Position numbers and translations under genes: made by a program | Source of the DNA: Candidatus Saccharimonadales bacterium | GTDB lineage: Bacteria > Patescibacteriota > Saccharimonadia > Saccharimonadales > DATKHC01 | Assembly (NCBI GenBank): GCA_038317055.1 | Contig: JBBQBA010000002.1 | Location: forward strand, 266,164 to 330,163 | Reading direction: 5' to 3' | DNA: 64,000 bases | The notes under the pieces: generated by a model | What the model was told of the DNA's origin: nothing | Databases searched by the model: none | Seen by the model: the letters and a program-made list of their open reading frames with translations, nothing else | Shown here: one piece after another, positions 63,775 to 64,000 of the stretch | How positions within the stretch are numbered: the stretch's first letter is position 1 | Layout of the letters: each line of letters opens with the position of its first letter

Positions 63775-64000
63775 TGTGTTCTCTCCTTTTCTAATATATT
63801 ACGCTCATGCTAAACGTTCTCCAATCAAAATAAATAATGCGTCTGTTCCAAGTTGTAGGATTTATTAAATATTTAATTTCGTTTTTTATTCACTTTCGTC
63901 CTTTAGGACTCATCAGAATAACTACACAGTTATTGAGTGGAAATGACAAGAAGACAAGGGAATATGAGGAAAGAAAATGTAGGGAAAAGCCCATCATTCC

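Noticed and set aside
63964-64000. A possible plus-strand gene start (ATGAGGAAAGAAAATGTAGGG...) lies at the right edge.
   Set aside because: Only 37 nt are visible, so nothing can be supported.

Overview
The window is a densely coding, low-GC (roughly one-third GC, judged by eye, not computed) bacterial chromosomal segment that uses the standard genetic code. The gene content looks monoderm and small-genome. It includes three sortases with LPXTG-like substrates, a type IV pilin, two WhiB-like regulators, DipZ, an MMPL transporter, a T-box leader on aspS, many membrane-anchored secreted glycan hydrolases, and many apparently leaderless genes. I infer a Patescibacteria/CPR lineage, possibly Saccharibacteria-like, with a strong actinobacterial flavour, but this is not proven from the sequence. 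Four regions stand out. (1) In 1-5.8 kb, about ten same-orientation copies of a ~40-bp intergenic repeat cut the DNA into single-gene cassettes. (2) At 14.3-16.9 kb and 32.3-34.4 kb there are sortase loci, one of which contains a 70-aa LPNTG mini-substrate with no signal peptide. (3) The 41.8-60 kb stretch is a sensory island with 4 histidine kinases, 4 receiver-only response regulators and a Crp/Fnr regulator. It surrounds a tightly coupled three-gene operon encoding a polytopic membrane protein, a LuxI/FeeM-like N-acyl synthase and a Cys-poor ThiF/E1-like adenylyltransferase. This operon is my best candidate for an undescribed small-molecule or signalling system. (4) Two short GC-rich islands at 13.6-14.3 kb and 61.1-62.0 kb look horizontally acquired. 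I saw no rRNA, tRNA, CRISPR array, transposase or integrase. All functional calls come from motif recognition by eye in the supplied translations, and none is backed by a database search.
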